Source: Candidatus Latescibacterota bacterium (GTDB taxonomy: Bacteria > Latescibacterota > UBA2968 > UBA8231). From it: a stretch of 64,000 nt of DNA. The stretch lies in NCBI GenBank assembly GCA_965261395.1, contig OZ253462.1, positions 800,001 through 864,000 on the forward strand, written 5' to 3'. Shown one piece after another: positions 1-9,658 of this stretch. The translations under genes and the position numbers were made by a program. The notes below the pieces were generated by a model, which saw only the letters and a program-made list of their open reading frames with translations, did no database searches and had not been told where the DNA came from. How positions within the stretch are numbered: position 1 is the stretch's first letter; each line of letters starts with the position of its first letter.

Positions 1-938
1 AGAAAGCCGGGCATGATCAGCAGTCCATCGCGGCGACGGTGGCGGTATCGCCCTCGACGATTTGTCGGGAGTTGCGGCGCAATCAAGGGCAACGCGGCTA
101 TCGTCCCGGCCAAGCCCATCACAAAGCGTTGGCGCGTCGTCGCCACAAGGCGAAGGCGACCAAGATGACGGCGGCGGTCATCGAGCGCATCGAAGCGGGC
201 CTGGGTCAGCAGTGGAGTCCAGAGCAGATTGCGGGTCGGCTGGCGACGACCGACGGGTTTCGATTGAGTCCGCAGCGTATCTACCAGCACATCCAGGCGG
301 ATCGCCAGGCGGGCGGGATGTTGTATCGCCATCTGCGCCACAGTCAGAAGAAACGCAAGAAACGTTATGGAAAAGCCGATGCCCGAGGGCAGATTAAAGG
401 CCGCATCAGCATGGACCAGCGACCGGCCATCGTGGAGGAAAAAAGTCGCATCGGCGATTGGGAAATCGACTTGGTGATGGGACGTGCACGCACCGGGGCG
501 CTCGTCTCGGTGGTGGAACGTCGCTCGCGCTATACCGTGCTGGGCAAAGTCCCCTCCAAACAGGCCGAGCACGTAGCGGCGGCCACCATTGCGTTGCTCG
601 CTGCCCATAAGGGGCATACCCAGACGATTACGGCCGATAACGGCAAGGAGTTTGCCCACCATGCCACGATCAGCCAAGCGTTGGACGCGGCTGTGTATTT
701 TGCCCATCCCTACCATGCCTGGGAGCGCGGACTCAACGAGAACACCAACGGGCTGATTCGCCAGTATGTGCCCAAAGGGACGGCCTTGGATACGCTGTCC
801 CAGGCGCAGGTACACCACATCATGGAGCGGCTCAATCATCGACCGCGAAAGGGCTTGGCATTTCAAACGCCGCATGAAATCTTATGCAAGGAAACAGAAG
901 TTCAACCCAAACATGGCGAAATTGCGCTTACGAGTTGA
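1..938 (+). CDS. IS30-family transposase, 5' end probably before the window
   Basis: ORF 39..938 with WSPEQIAGRL, GDWEID, TITADNGKEFA, YFAHPYHAWERGLNENTNGLIRQY and LNHRPRK motifs. Confidence 0.95.
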   Translation, partial: KAGHDQQSIAATVAVSPSTICRELRRNQGQRGYRPGQAHHKALARRRHKAKATKMTAAVIERIEAGLGQQWSPEQIAGRLATTDGFRLSPQRIYQHIQADRQAGGMLYRHLRHSQKKRKKRYGKADARGQIKGRISMDQRPAIVEEKSRIGDWEIDLVMGRARTGALVSVVERRSRYTVLGKVPSKQAEHVAAATIALLAAHKGHTQTITADNGKEFAHHATISQALDAAVYFAHPYHAWERGLNENTNGLIRQYVPKGTALDTLSQAQVHHIMERLNHRPRKGLAFQTPHEILCKETEVQPKHGEIALTS

Positions 939-944
939 ATCCGC
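1..944 (+). mobile_element. IS30-family insertion sequence, left end outside the window; right end near 921-944
   Basis: IS30 transposase ORF ending in ATTGCGCTTACGAGTTGAATCCGC, an IS30-type end that overlaps the stop codon; abuts a truncated gene. Confidence 0.85.
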
Positions 945-1506
945 GAATCGTATTAGAAAGATCTCTATCGACCTTTGTCGGGCCAGCATTGCCCCAGAGG
1001 GTGATTATAAGATCGTCGTTGGGGAACCGATCATTTGCCTTGTATGGGTTTTCCCCCGTCGTCACAGTCTCATCATTTTCGTGATTTGTCGGGATGGGGG
1101 TAAAAATGACATCCACCGATTCCTCTTTGGAATCCTTTGGAATCACGATACTGGATAGCACCACAGTGAAGCGACGACCTCGCGCCTCCACCGCATCACG
1201 TCCCCCAATATTGAATACCTGAAGATCACCAGACGGGTTTTGTACATAGATCAAACCCTCTGCACGCAAGAGCACCACCCGCTCCCCATCACCGAACGCC
1301 TCATGTTCTCCACCTACATAAGTCTTGGCTGTCACCTTGATCGTGACCGCACCGCCATCCTCGCGGAACTCTGTCTTGTCCACCGACAGCCGAATTCCAT
1401 CAGCCAACTGCGCCTGCGTTTCCCCGGCCCATCCCAGCACCAAACCAAACGCCAGCAACCAAGGCACATAAGCCAAGCGCCTGATTAACGACTTCGTGTG
1501 TATCAT
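945..1506 (-). pseudogene. N-terminal part of a secreted or surface protein, interrupted by IS30
   Basis: Signal peptide MIHTKS...WAGETQA followed by a beta-rich Ig/Calx-like segment; the frame runs into the IS end and stops inside it at 928. Confidence 0.7.
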
Positions 1507-1865
1507 TACTCAACCCTCCCAGGGAAAGCGTCCCTGATTAAAAGTGAGATAAGAAGATGAATCTGCTTTAAGATATTGCGTTCGTGCGTGTTTCATCGGT
1601 AGTGCATTCGTTTGAAATTAAGGTGCGCCACTCCGCTTTACGATGAGTCCTAAGAAACTGTTGAGTTATTAGATGCCTTTAGCGACGGTACCCCTTACTT
1701 AATAATGGCGATACAAATCATGTTCTCCGCGGAACCACCTGGTTCCGTTGGAGTTGACCTGACTTGTGGATTGCCTCGGTTAGAGGCACGGCTCCACCTG
1801 CCTCCGATAAATATACGTTCCAAGCGGTCAGGGAATGTCCGTTGGTCAAAAAAATTCAAATATTA

Positions 1866-1936
1866 ACGTGAGTTCGGGATAAGGTGAGGGACTCCTTTTT
1901 GGCTAAACTTAGGTATGCCCACCATACAGCCTAGCC
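1866..1936 (+). mobile_element. Orphan, diverged IS982 left end
   Basis: ACGTGAGTTCGGGATAAGgtGAGGGACTCCTTTTTGGCTAAACTT nearly matches 3494-3538; no transposase follows. Confidence 0.85.
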
Positions 1937-2008
1937 ATCAGCGAGATGTTGAACTGCGCGGGAGCCGCTGGTAAGCAGGCCCCCGCAGCTTGGCGTGAGT
2001 CATATTAT

Positions 2009-3187
2009 TCATTGGCAGACAGACAATCCCAGTTGATCGAGGTCATTGTTCAATATCGTGTCCAGACTGGGCGGGATACACCCACTTAACTGATTGCCGG
2101 ACAGAAGCAGGAGGTAAAGGTTGGTCAGTTGGCCTAACGCAGAGGGTATCGAGCCGGTTAAATTGTTGCCGTGCAGGTCCAGACCAATAACGCGTCCCCC
2201 GGCATTGGTGGTTACGCCCTCCCATGTGCCGATAGGTTCATCGCTTCCCCAATTGTGGCCCGTCCAATTACTACCTCCGCCCGTAGCTGCATAGAAGGCC
2301 ATCAGTGCAGGACGATCAGTTTGTTGGGGCTGCTCAGGTTGTTGGGACTGCTCAGGTTGTTGGGACTGCTCAGGTTGTTGGGAAATACCCACCGACCCGG
2401 ATTGAGGTTGAGGTGTAGAATCTCGAACATCACCTGAACAAATGGAATCATCCAAAATGGAATCATCCAAATAAGGCCGGTCGTCCTCGGGCAGGGCGGT
2501 AAGCGTATCGAGCGCCGCAGCACTAAAATTAACCGGCAGGTAGTAGGCGCTTGCATAATACGTGCTGCTTATTTCTACAAGATCGGCCGGTCGCGGCTCA
2601 TTGCGATTGTGCACACTAAGAAAATTGCGGTGGCGCACCGACCCTTCTGCTGCCACAGAGGCGATGGGATACTGCATATCGCCTTCTAACAGAGTATATC
2701 TGGCATTCGGCGTATCTCTATACAAGTAGTTTACATCCCCCCGATAAATACGCACCACCGAGGAATCATGGTCGATAGCCTCGCTCCAGATGCCACACGC
2801 TCCGTCACCCGGGCGGAAACCCGACCGGACTCTCCCAAGATGGGTCGAGGTTTCTGATGCCCAGTATTGCGTCTTACTATTGCTATCTAGATAATGCGAA
2901 AACAGGACGCTGTCGCCGTGGGCTTGGAACCGATAGTCTGATCCGTAGAATACAGTCCACACGGAATCTACTTCCGTATCGCAAGGCCAAGATATGGCAA
3001 GGCATTCGCCAGAGTCCGAACCCACCTGAGCCTTTCCGGCGGGCGGGCTAATGAGCGCTAGCGGATTTTCATAATCTGTACAAGAAAATCCCATGAATGC
3101 TACTAAAAGCAGTAAAATTTTTGTCTTGAAATCGCCTCGGTTTAGAGATTCAGGCAGGATACTTACGGTAAAGACAGTCTTTTTCAA
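2009..3187 (-). CDS. Predicted lipoprotein with a Gln/Pro linker and a C-terminal plant-type leucine-rich repeat domain
   Basis: Lipobox-like FMGFSC; LRRNT-like DRPALMAFYAATGG..W; LRR consensus LDLHGNNLTGSIPSALGQLTNL..LLLSGNQLSGCIP; start codon uncertain. Confidence 0.8.
   Translation of the reverse strand: MKKTVFTVSILPESLNRGDFKTKILLLLVAFMGFSCTDYENPLALISPPAGKAQVGSDSGECLAISWPCDTEVDSVWTVFYGSDYRFQAHGDSVLFSHYLDSNSKTQYWASETSTHLGRVRSGFRPGDGACGIWSEAIDHDSSVVRIYRGDVNYLYRDTPNARYTLLEGDMQYPIASVAAEGSVRHRNFLSVHNRNEPRPADLVEISSTYYASAYYLPVNFSAAALDTLTALPEDDRPYLDDSILDDSICSGDVRDSTPQPQSGSVGISQQPEQSQQPEQSQQPEQPQQTDRPALMAFYAATGGGSNWTGHNWGSDEPIGTWEGVTTNAGGRVIGLDLHGNNLTGSIPSALGQLTNLYLLLLSGNQLSGCIPPSLDTILNNDLDQLGLSVCQ
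2321..2382. repeat. 18-bp coding tandem repeat, about 3.4 copies, encoding QQPEQS/P
   Basis: GTTGGGACTGCTCAGGTT units read directly. Confidence 0.9.
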
Positions 3188-3418
3188 TTTACTTACCCTT
3201 TAGTTCTAGCTTCGTCGCAAAAAATCGCGAGTAGCCGTTTCATGGTTCGCTCCCGTAGACGGTTGGGAAAAAGGATGTACTGGACTGGAGACCTACTCGA
3301 TAACGTATGTTGATTGAGTGTGTTGAAAAAAATATAACACATTGGGTAAATGTGCAATCTCGTTTTACGTTCGAGTGAATCAAGCATACTAGAGGATTTT
3401 GAACTGTTTTTATCAAGT

Positions 3419-3450
3419 ACCATATATGGTTCCAAGGAACTATATATGGT
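3419..3450. promoter_or_regulatory. Imperfect 15+2+15 palindrome, candidate operator upstream of the LRR gene
   Basis: ACCATATATGGTTCC-AA-GGAACTATATATGGT, arms match at 14/15. Confidence 0.4.
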
Positions 3451-3493
3451 CCCCTTGCATATTACCATTTTGCCAATTTATATTTGTTAATCA

Positions 3494-4474
3494 ACGTGAG
3501 TTCGGGATAAGCAGAGGGACTCCTTTTTGGCTAAACTTTGGTTTGCCGACCAATGCTCATTCAGCCATCGAGGAGCCCCGCGATGAATTTAGTCGAATTG
3601 TTCTGCCACGTCGATGATTTTTGCCAAGCGTTTGAAGGATCATGGATCCGCCACCAATTAACGACCGGGCACCGGCGTCGGCGTCGTGCTGGTCAACTAT
3701 GTTTGAGCGAGATCATGACGCTATTGATTTGGTTTCATCCGTCCCACTACCGGGATTTCAAAGCCTTCTACCAACACCATGTCTGTAAACACCTACGCGA
3801 CGCATTTCCCGGGTTGGTCCGCTATGGACGCTTTGTCGAGCTGATGCCTTCGACGCTGATTCCGTTATGTAGCTACCTCCGCCAATGCCAAGGAGCCTGC
3901 ACGGGGATCTCGTTTATCGACTCGACGCCGTTGGCCGTATGTAATCCCCATCGGATTCATCAGCATCGGCTTTTCGCTGGCCTGGCGCAGCGGGGCAAAA
4001 GCTCGACGGGTTGGTTTTTCGGGTTCAAACTGCACGTGGTCTTCAATGACCGGGGACAACTGCTCAATCTGGCGCTGACGCCGGGCAATGTCGATGACCG
4101 AAAACCCGTACCCGCTTTGGTTCAAGAGCTGTTTGGCAAGTTATTTGCCGATCGAGGCTACCTATCCAAAGCGCTCTGCCAAAAATTGAGCGCACTCTTT
4201 GATCTCCAGTTGATCACCAAGCTGCGATCCAACATGAAAAATCAACTCCTGCCGATGGCCGATAAACTCCTACTACGCAAACGGGCAATTATCGAAACCA
4301 TCATCGATCAACTCAAAAATATCTCTCAGATCGAACACACAAGACATCGAAGCCCGGTCAACTTTATGGTCAATCTCCTAGGTGGATTGATTGCCTATTG
4401 TCATCAGCCTAAAAAACCGGCCCTAAGAATACAAAAGCTACCCGTATTGAAGACCCCTTAAACCGAACTCACGT
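3494..4474 (+). mobile_element. Complete IS982-family element, about 981 bp
   Basis: Terminal inverted repeats ACGTGAGTTCGG (3494) and CCGAACTCACGT (ending 4474) enclose a transposase. Confidence 0.93.
3583..4461 (+). CDS. IS982-family transposase
   Basis: [37 protein letters not shown] and RKRAIIETI motifs; ATG 3583 after a GAGGAG ribosome-binding site. Confidence 0.95.
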   Translation: MNLVELFCHVDDFCQAFEGSWIRHQLTTGHRRRRRAGQLCLSEIMTLLIWFHPSHYRDFKAFYQHHVCKHLRDAFPGLVRYGRFVELMPSTLIPLCSYLRQCQGACTGISFIDSTPLAVCNPHRIHQHRLFAGLAQRGKSSTGWFFGFKLHVVFNDRGQLLNLALTPGNVDDRKPVPALVQELFGKLFADRGYLSKALCQKLSALFDLQLITKLRSNMKNQLLPMADKLLLRKRAIIETIIDQLKNISQIEHTRHRSPVNFMVNLLGGLIAYCHQPKKPALRIQKLPVLKTP

Positions 4475-4530
4475 AACATTAGCTTTTTTTACCTTTTCCG
4501 TAGAGTATTCTGAATAACCCAACGGATTCT

Positions 4531-4590
4531 AAGAGACAGACAAAGAGACAGACAAAGAGACAGACAAAGAGACAGACAAAGAGACAGACA
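4531..4590. repeat. Perfect 12-bp intergenic tandem repeat (AAGAGACAGACA) x5
   Basis: Read directly from the sequence. Confidence 0.95.
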
Positions 4591-4669
4591 CAAAATCTCA
4601 CGATTTTTAAAAATAGGGATATATGAGTGATGTGTATACGACGCTTGAGGCTTCTTCGATTCGGCGTCC

Positions 4670-4700
4670 TTGACGGCCATAGAAGATGGCTTACTATACT
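4670..4700 (+). promoter_or_regulatory. Candidate sigma70-type promoter
   Basis: TTGACG at 4670-4675, then TACTAT at 4692 or TATACT at 4695. Confidence 0.35.
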
Positions 4701-4760
4701 ACATGGCTCCCTAGTCCCTTTCCCTAACCCCTTTCCTAAAGGTGTTGGTAGGGGGTCGCT

Positions 4761-4800
4761 GGCCTCGTCGATACTTCGCGGCATCGTCGAGGCCTTTTTT
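4761..4800 (+). terminator. Intrinsic terminator
   Basis: GGCCTCG..CGAGGCC stem followed by a T-tract. Confidence 0.65.
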
Positions 4801-4997
4801 GTGCGCCGGCGGGTCCGGCTATCACTTCGAATATCGTTCTCAGCAGTACAAATGGGCCGCTCCCTCGTCCTGTTCCTTTAGGGCCGCGTGGGACGGCTCG
4901 GCGTGCGATGATGGGTGTGGATCCGCGTTAATCTAGAAGATCGAAGAGTGTGCAGTCCCTTGTTATCCCTCGTCCGCGTCCTCTCGGTGCAGTAAGG

Positions 4998-5420
4998 TCA
5001 GTCGTGAGTTATGATCCTCCACTTCTTCCCCTGCATTGGGATCACATATCCAGATCCTTCAGGCGCTTCCCTGTGCTCCCGAGCCTCGCGCGTAATCTCC
5101 GGCCACCAATGCAGGAAGTGCATAACTTGGGTCCAAATCTTCTTTTCTGGATATTGGCTAGCGAAAAAAAAGGCCGTCAAGCCCGACTCACGCCAAGCAG
5201 CCTTTTCGGCCCGATTTCGAGAAATCCGCATATCACCCGAGATCACGATCCACTCCCCCTCACGGCTTAATGCTTCAAGCCAAGTGACATCCTCTGTCTG
5301 CGGCGCAAAGCGGTCTTTAAGGTGTACTATCGTCCAGTTGTCTCGTTCTGCCTAGTGATCTAGGACGAGCAACGCCGCAGCTAGACGGTGAGAGATGTTG
5401 TTGTCGAGGAAAAACCTCAC
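4998..5420 (-). pseudogene. VapC45-like PIN-domain toxin with an in-frame amber stop at codon 23
   Basis: GTG 5420 overlaps the antitoxin stop; reads VRFFLDNNIS...LDH*AER...TEDVTWLEAL...VISGDMRISRN; the TAG is at 5352-5354. Confidence 0.85.
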
Positions 5421-6094
5421 GCCGCTAATTGTGCCTCGTATGCGATAGCATCGCACACTTCCCTAGTAGTGGCATCGTACCACCAAGCGACCCGGTCCAT
5501 GTCTTGCTCAGCTCGATAGGTGCGGCTCAGTAGACGGGTGCGGACACCGCTGGGATTGCATATCGGTGCTCCGAAACTACGAGTAGGTTCGATGATGACT
5601 GTGCTCTCCCGGCCCATAGGATGCCAACGCACCGGGGCACCTGTTTCCGAAAAATCTAGCTCGTTGTCGGGCAGAACAGTCCTGACGAAGTCCTTAAAGT
5701 ACTGCTCGTCGGTGACGATGTCATGCAGTGCTGCTTCTTCCACTTGTTGGAGGATACGGCGGCCATCTGTACGAAAGCTGCGCTGCGAAAATGGATGCGA
5801 ATGGCCCGTGATCTGAGCTGCTTTGTGCGAGGCAATGCGCAAGGTCGGCCACGGTACCCCCTTCTCGCGAAAACTCCGCAAGGCTCGGACTTCGATAAGA
5901 TCGACAAAGCGCAAGATAGGGCTTTCCCCCGCCTCCGTTGAATCGAACACGGGCGGCAACTTGTGGCGAAATCCATTCCGGGTGTAGCTATAACCTCGCG
6001 TCCAACGCCGAATGGTGCTGGCGGGAACACCCGTCAGCCGGGCCGCTTCCGCCACGCTATAGACGCCATGTCCGATATATAGGTAATCTGCCAT
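5417..6094 (-). CDS. VapB45-like antitoxin (MerR-type HTH plus DUF433)
   Basis: YSVAEAARLTGVPASTIRRW HTH; IEPTRSFGAP..GVRT..L and EVCDAIAYE DUF433 motifs; translationally coupled to the PIN gene. Confidence 0.85.
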   Translation of the reverse strand: MADYLYIGHGVYSVAEAARLTGVPASTIRRWTRGYSYTRNGFRHKLPPVFDSTEAGESPILRFVDLIEVRALRSFREKGVPWPTLRIASHKAAQITGHSHPFSQRSFRTDGRRILQQVEEAALHDIVTDEQYFKDFVRTVLPDNELDFSETGAPVRWHPMGRESTVIIEPTRSFGAPICNPSGVRTRLLSRTYRAEQDMDRVAWWYDATTREVCDAIAYEAQLAA

Positions 6095-6221
6095 TTTGTG
6101 TTCCTTTATAGAGCGAGCTCTGTCGCCTCGAATCTACTTAACCGATTTTTGCAGGTCTGTTACCTTAAGATAAGTAGAGCTACCACGTCAATGCCACGCT
6201 GGCTTACACCTGCCTATCTCT

Positions 6222-7982
6222 TTACTCCTCGTCCGCGCCCACTCGGCGCATATATCTCGTGTACGCCCCTCGCAACGCTGCCCCCAGCACCAGCGCTAAT
6301 AATCCCCCGACCAGCGCCACGGTCCAGCGCCCCACGTAAAACCCCGAAAAGCCGATAACGCCCCCTCCCACGGCCACCGCACCGAGCAAGGCAAGACCCA
6401 AGCCGTGCGCGATAGGTGCGCCGCCACCGGTCTCAACACCCGCCTTGTGTGCGATCGGCCCCCACCATCCCATTGGCCGAGCCTCTTTGTAGAAGGCCAA
6501 GAGCTTTCCCTCTGGCTCTGGCTTGGTGCAAAGTGCCACCACAATCCAGAGCAAGCACGTCGCGGCAATCGACGAGAGTACCACCACATACGCCGCATCC
6601 TGCCCCGCGTCGATTAAATGGACGAAAACCACGTACTTATTCAATAGAAAGACTATCGGTCCGCCGAAAGAGGCGGCCAGTCGCGCCTTGCCGTTAAAGC
6701 GCCACCACCACCACTGGCCCCAATTAGCCGTCAGTTCGGCCGAGGAAAGACCGAGCATGAAGACCGCGATATCGATGACGTTCTCGGCCTGTAGCGCGAC
6801 CGCCAGCGAGAGGCCCATGATCGCCAGCATCACCACCCGACCGACACTCATGTAGTGCGCCATCTCAGCGCCGTGCTTGATAAAGCGCCGATACACGTCG
6901 TTGATAAAGACTTGAGCCCCGAAGTTCATGTTGGAGTCCACCGTGGACATGATCGAGGCGAACATCGCCACCAGCGCCAGCCCCAGAAGACCCGAGGGCA
7001 GGTAGTGGCCCAACAAGAGACCGTAGGCCAGCTCCTTGTCCATGCTGCCGTCGTACAGGCCCGGCCACTTGACCATCGCCCCCAGAGCGGGCAGAGTCAG
7101 CACCGCCAGCATTAGGAAGAGCGTGATCTCGGTCCAGATGTACATCCGCGTCGCCTCGCGGCTGTTGCGACACGACAGCAGCCGTTGGCCCTCCATCGCC
7201 CCAGCCATCGGGGCCACGTCGCCGCCATAGCCGATCGCGGTCCCCATCGTCCAAGCGATGATCCCCACCACCCCCAAAAGTTCGTGGCTCATCGGCGGAT
7301 GCCAGCTAACGACCCCTTCCCCAAACTGAGTTACCAGTGCCTGATAAAGCCCTGTCGGCCCGCCGAAGTCGGCCCAAACCAAGCCCATCAGCACCAGCGA
7401 GGACGCGATCATGATCGCGGTCTGGATCAAATCCGACATCACCACGCCCATATAGCCGGAGAGCACCACATAGACCAAGATGATCGGAATGACCAGCAAA
7501 AAGGTCTCAACGCGCGACCAGCCCAAGAGCGCCTCGGACACTTTCGTCAGCCCCAAAAGCCCTGCTCCGGTCCAAGCTACCACTGCGATAAAGGCACTGC
7601 GCAGCGAGACCCAAGCGCGCAGCTTCGGCGCAGCCGCACCGCCAAAGCGGAGCTCGTAAAATTCCGGCGAGGTAAAAATTTTCAACCGCCGCCAGCACGC
7701 GGCGAAGAGCAACCTACCGATCATCAGCGCCAGCCCGAAGCGGCTCAAATACCACCAGCAGATAAAGGTCTCGGTGATAACCGTCATGCCGCAGTACGCC
7801 GGTGCTACGTCGGCATTCATGCAGGTGACCGCATAGCTAGTGCCGCTCATCCACCCCTTCATCTTGCGCCCACCCAGGAAGTAATTTTCCATGCTCTCCT
7901 GGGCGAATCTCCTATAGTACAGTCCCATCCCCACCAAGAAGAGCATATAGAGCGCCATCAGCGCGTAATCTAGACCCGACAC
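6222..7982 (-). CDS. Sodium:solute symporter (SSS) family protein
   Basis: Many TM helices; YFLGGR, FYELRFG and ASIMSTVDS motifs. Confidence 0.92.
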   Translation of the reverse strand: MSGLDYALMALYMLFLVGMGLYYRRFAQESMENYFLGGRKMKGWMSGTSYAVTCMNADVAPAYCGMTVITETFICWWYLSRFGLALMIGRLLFAACWRRLKIFTSPEFYELRFGGAAAPKLRAWVSLRSAFIAVVAWTGAGLLGLTKVSEALLGWSRVETFLLVIPIILVYVVLSGYMGVVMSDLIQTAIMIASSLVLMGLVWADFGGPTGLYQALVTQFGEGVVSWHPPMSHELLGVVGIIAWTMGTAIGYGGDVAPMAGAMEGQRLLSCRNSREATRMYIWTEITLFLMLAVLTLPALGAMVKWPGLYDGSMDKELAYGLLLGHYLPSGLLGLALVAMFASIMSTVDSNMNFGAQVFINDVYRRFIKHGAEMAHYMSVGRVVMLAIMGLSLAVALQAENVIDIAVFMLGLSSAELTANWGQWWWWRFNGKARLAASFGGPIVFLLNKYVVFVHLIDAGQDAAYVVVLSSIAATCLLWIVVALCTKPEPEGKLLAFYKEARPMGWWGPIAHKAGVETGGGAPIAHGLGLALLGAVAVGGGVIGFSGFYVGRWTVALVGGLLALVLGAALRGAYTRYMRRVGADEE

Positions 7983-8162
7983 AATCCCTCCTTTGTACGG
8001 GAAGCAGCTAGTTTTTATGCCGCTCTCTATGCAGAATTAAAACGCCGCGTCAAGTTATGGTGCTAGCCTGAGTTGGGACAGCGTCGCTTGCAATCTGCAT
8101 GGCCAATTATCGTTATTCGTTACCAGCATATTGATCCTCTCTACAGCAAAAAGGCCCGCCTC

Positions 8163-9503
8163 ATGTCCGCACCTATCCTCCTGACCGACGCCCAAGTCCA
8201 AGCCTACCTGACCAATGGCTATATCACCGTGCAAACCGCTCACTCGCCTGCGGTCCACCAAAATATCCACCGCCAAATCGAAACCCTCTTCGCCACCGAG
8301 GGCAATCCCGGCAACGATATCCTCCCCAAAGTCCCGGACCTCTACCAAATCCTCCAAGATCCCGCCGTTGACGGTGCCCTCCAGAGCCTCCTCGGCCCCT
8401 CCTACCTCATCCACCCGCACCGCCACTGCCACCACAACCTCAGCGGGTCTGAGGGCCAAGGCATGCACCAAGACAGCTATGAAAACGACCAGAACGTCCG
8501 CCACCACCGCACCCGCTGGACCATGGCCTTCTACTATCCCCAGGACGTTAGCTTGGACATGGGACCGACCGCGATTTTGCCGGCCACTCAGTACTATAAT
8601 TCGTCTGAACAAGCCTACGAGCGGGAAGAATTACCCCTCTGCGGCCGGGCTGGAACGGTGACCATCGTCCACTACGACCTCTGGCACCGCGCCATGCCCA
8701 ACGCCAGCGACCGCGACCGCTTTATGGTCAAGTTTCTCTTCACCCGCATGGGTGAGCCGCGGGCACCTTCGTGGGACCATCGCGACGGCACTTGGCAAGC
8801 CGAAGGCACCGACCCGCCCACTGAGCTATGCCGCCGCGCTTGGGACTGGATGCGCGGTACCGATGGCACCATAGCCCCGACGGCAGTTTCGCTCGACGAG
8901 TTGCGTCGGGCACTAGACGCCGAAGCCGAAACCGAGCGGCTGCGCACCGTATATGCCTTGGCCGCTCGCGGCGAGGAAGCAATGCCCGTCCTCCTAAACG
9001 CGCTGCGCAGCGAGGCCGCTGTGCGTCTCGAAGCCAATCTAGCGAACGCACACACCAACCCCAGCCAACTCGACGCGGTTTTCGCCCTTTCCGCCGCTGG
9101 CCTCCCCGCTGTGCCCCACATGGTGGAATTGCTCGGCGAAAATGACTGGTGGCTGCGCGCCGCGGCCGCCGATGTACTCGGCGACTTGGGCACCACAGCG
9201 TCCGACACCGTGCCCCACCTCACCCGAGTCCTCGACGACGAGGCCGAGTGGGTGCGGCGCAACGCAGTCGAAGCACTGGGCAATATCGGTCCGGCCGCCG
9301 CCGAAGCCGTGCCCGCACTGAGCCGTCGCCTGCGAGATTCCGAGAGCTGGATCCGCCACAACACCGCACTCGCGCTAGCTAAGATCGGTCCGACCGCCAC
9401 CGAAGCTGTGCCCGCCCTGCGCAAAAACACAGACGACGAGGACCGCTACGCCCGTGCCAACGCGGCCGTGGCTTTGGAGCGCATCGGCTCGGCCAGCGTT
9501 TGA
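8163..9503 (+). CDS. PhyH-like Fe/2OG dioxygenase fused to C-terminal HEAT (PBS-lyase) repeats
   Basis: MHQD...HYDLWH iron triad; repeated xVPxLxxxLxDxxxWVRxNAxxALGxIG units. Confidence 0.9.
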   Translation: MSAPILLTDAQVQAYLTNGYITVQTAHSPAVHQNIHRQIETLFATEGNPGNDILPKVPDLYQILQDPAVDGALQSLLGPSYLIHPHRHCHHNLSGSEGQGMHQDSYENDQNVRHHRTRWTMAFYYPQDVSLDMGPTAILPATQYYNSSEQAYEREELPLCGRAGTVTIVHYDLWHRAMPNASDRDRFMVKFLFTRMGEPRAPSWDHRDGTWQAEGTDPPTELCRRAWDWMRGTDGTIAPTAVSLDELRRALDAEAETERLRTVYALAARGEEAMPVLLNALRSEAAVRLEANLANAHTNPSQLDAVFALSAAGLPAVPHMVELLGENDWWLRAAAADVLGDLGTTASDTVPHLTRVLDDEAEWVRRNAVEALGNIGPAAAEAVPALSRRLRDSESWIRHNTALALAKIGPTATEAVPALRKNTDDEDRYARANAAVALERIGSASV

Positions 9504-9658
9504 CGACGCCCTCCGGCACTACGCCGCAACGCTCGGCTTCCCGTCCCTTTCGAGCTATATCATCTTGCGCCTGTGGATGGAGCGCGAGGACCTGCAGCAC
9601 GACTAGCGAGGCGGTATGAAGGCCGAAGGCGATTGTAGAAACGGGGAGGAAGAGTAGG

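Noticed and set aside
1507-1860. Riboswitch in the long leader of the truncated surface-protein gene
   Set aside because: Only a short hairpin (GGAACCA/TGGTTCC near 1730-1746) is visible and I recognise no aptamer consensus.
4531-4590. 12-bp array as a CRISPR or as coding sequence (ORFs 4479..4784 and 4489..4680)
   Set aside because: There are no spacers, and the CLFV/LCLS translations are artefacts of the repeat.
5352-5354. Amber recoding (pyrrolysine or an alternative genetic code)
   Set aside because: Many intact genes here end in TAG at normal lengths and no pyl genes are seen. A CAG-to-TAG mutation is simpler.
9504-9606. Short open frame after the HEAT gene (DDALRHYAATLGF...)
   Set aside because: It may be another gene-end relic, but I found no matching parent gene in this window.
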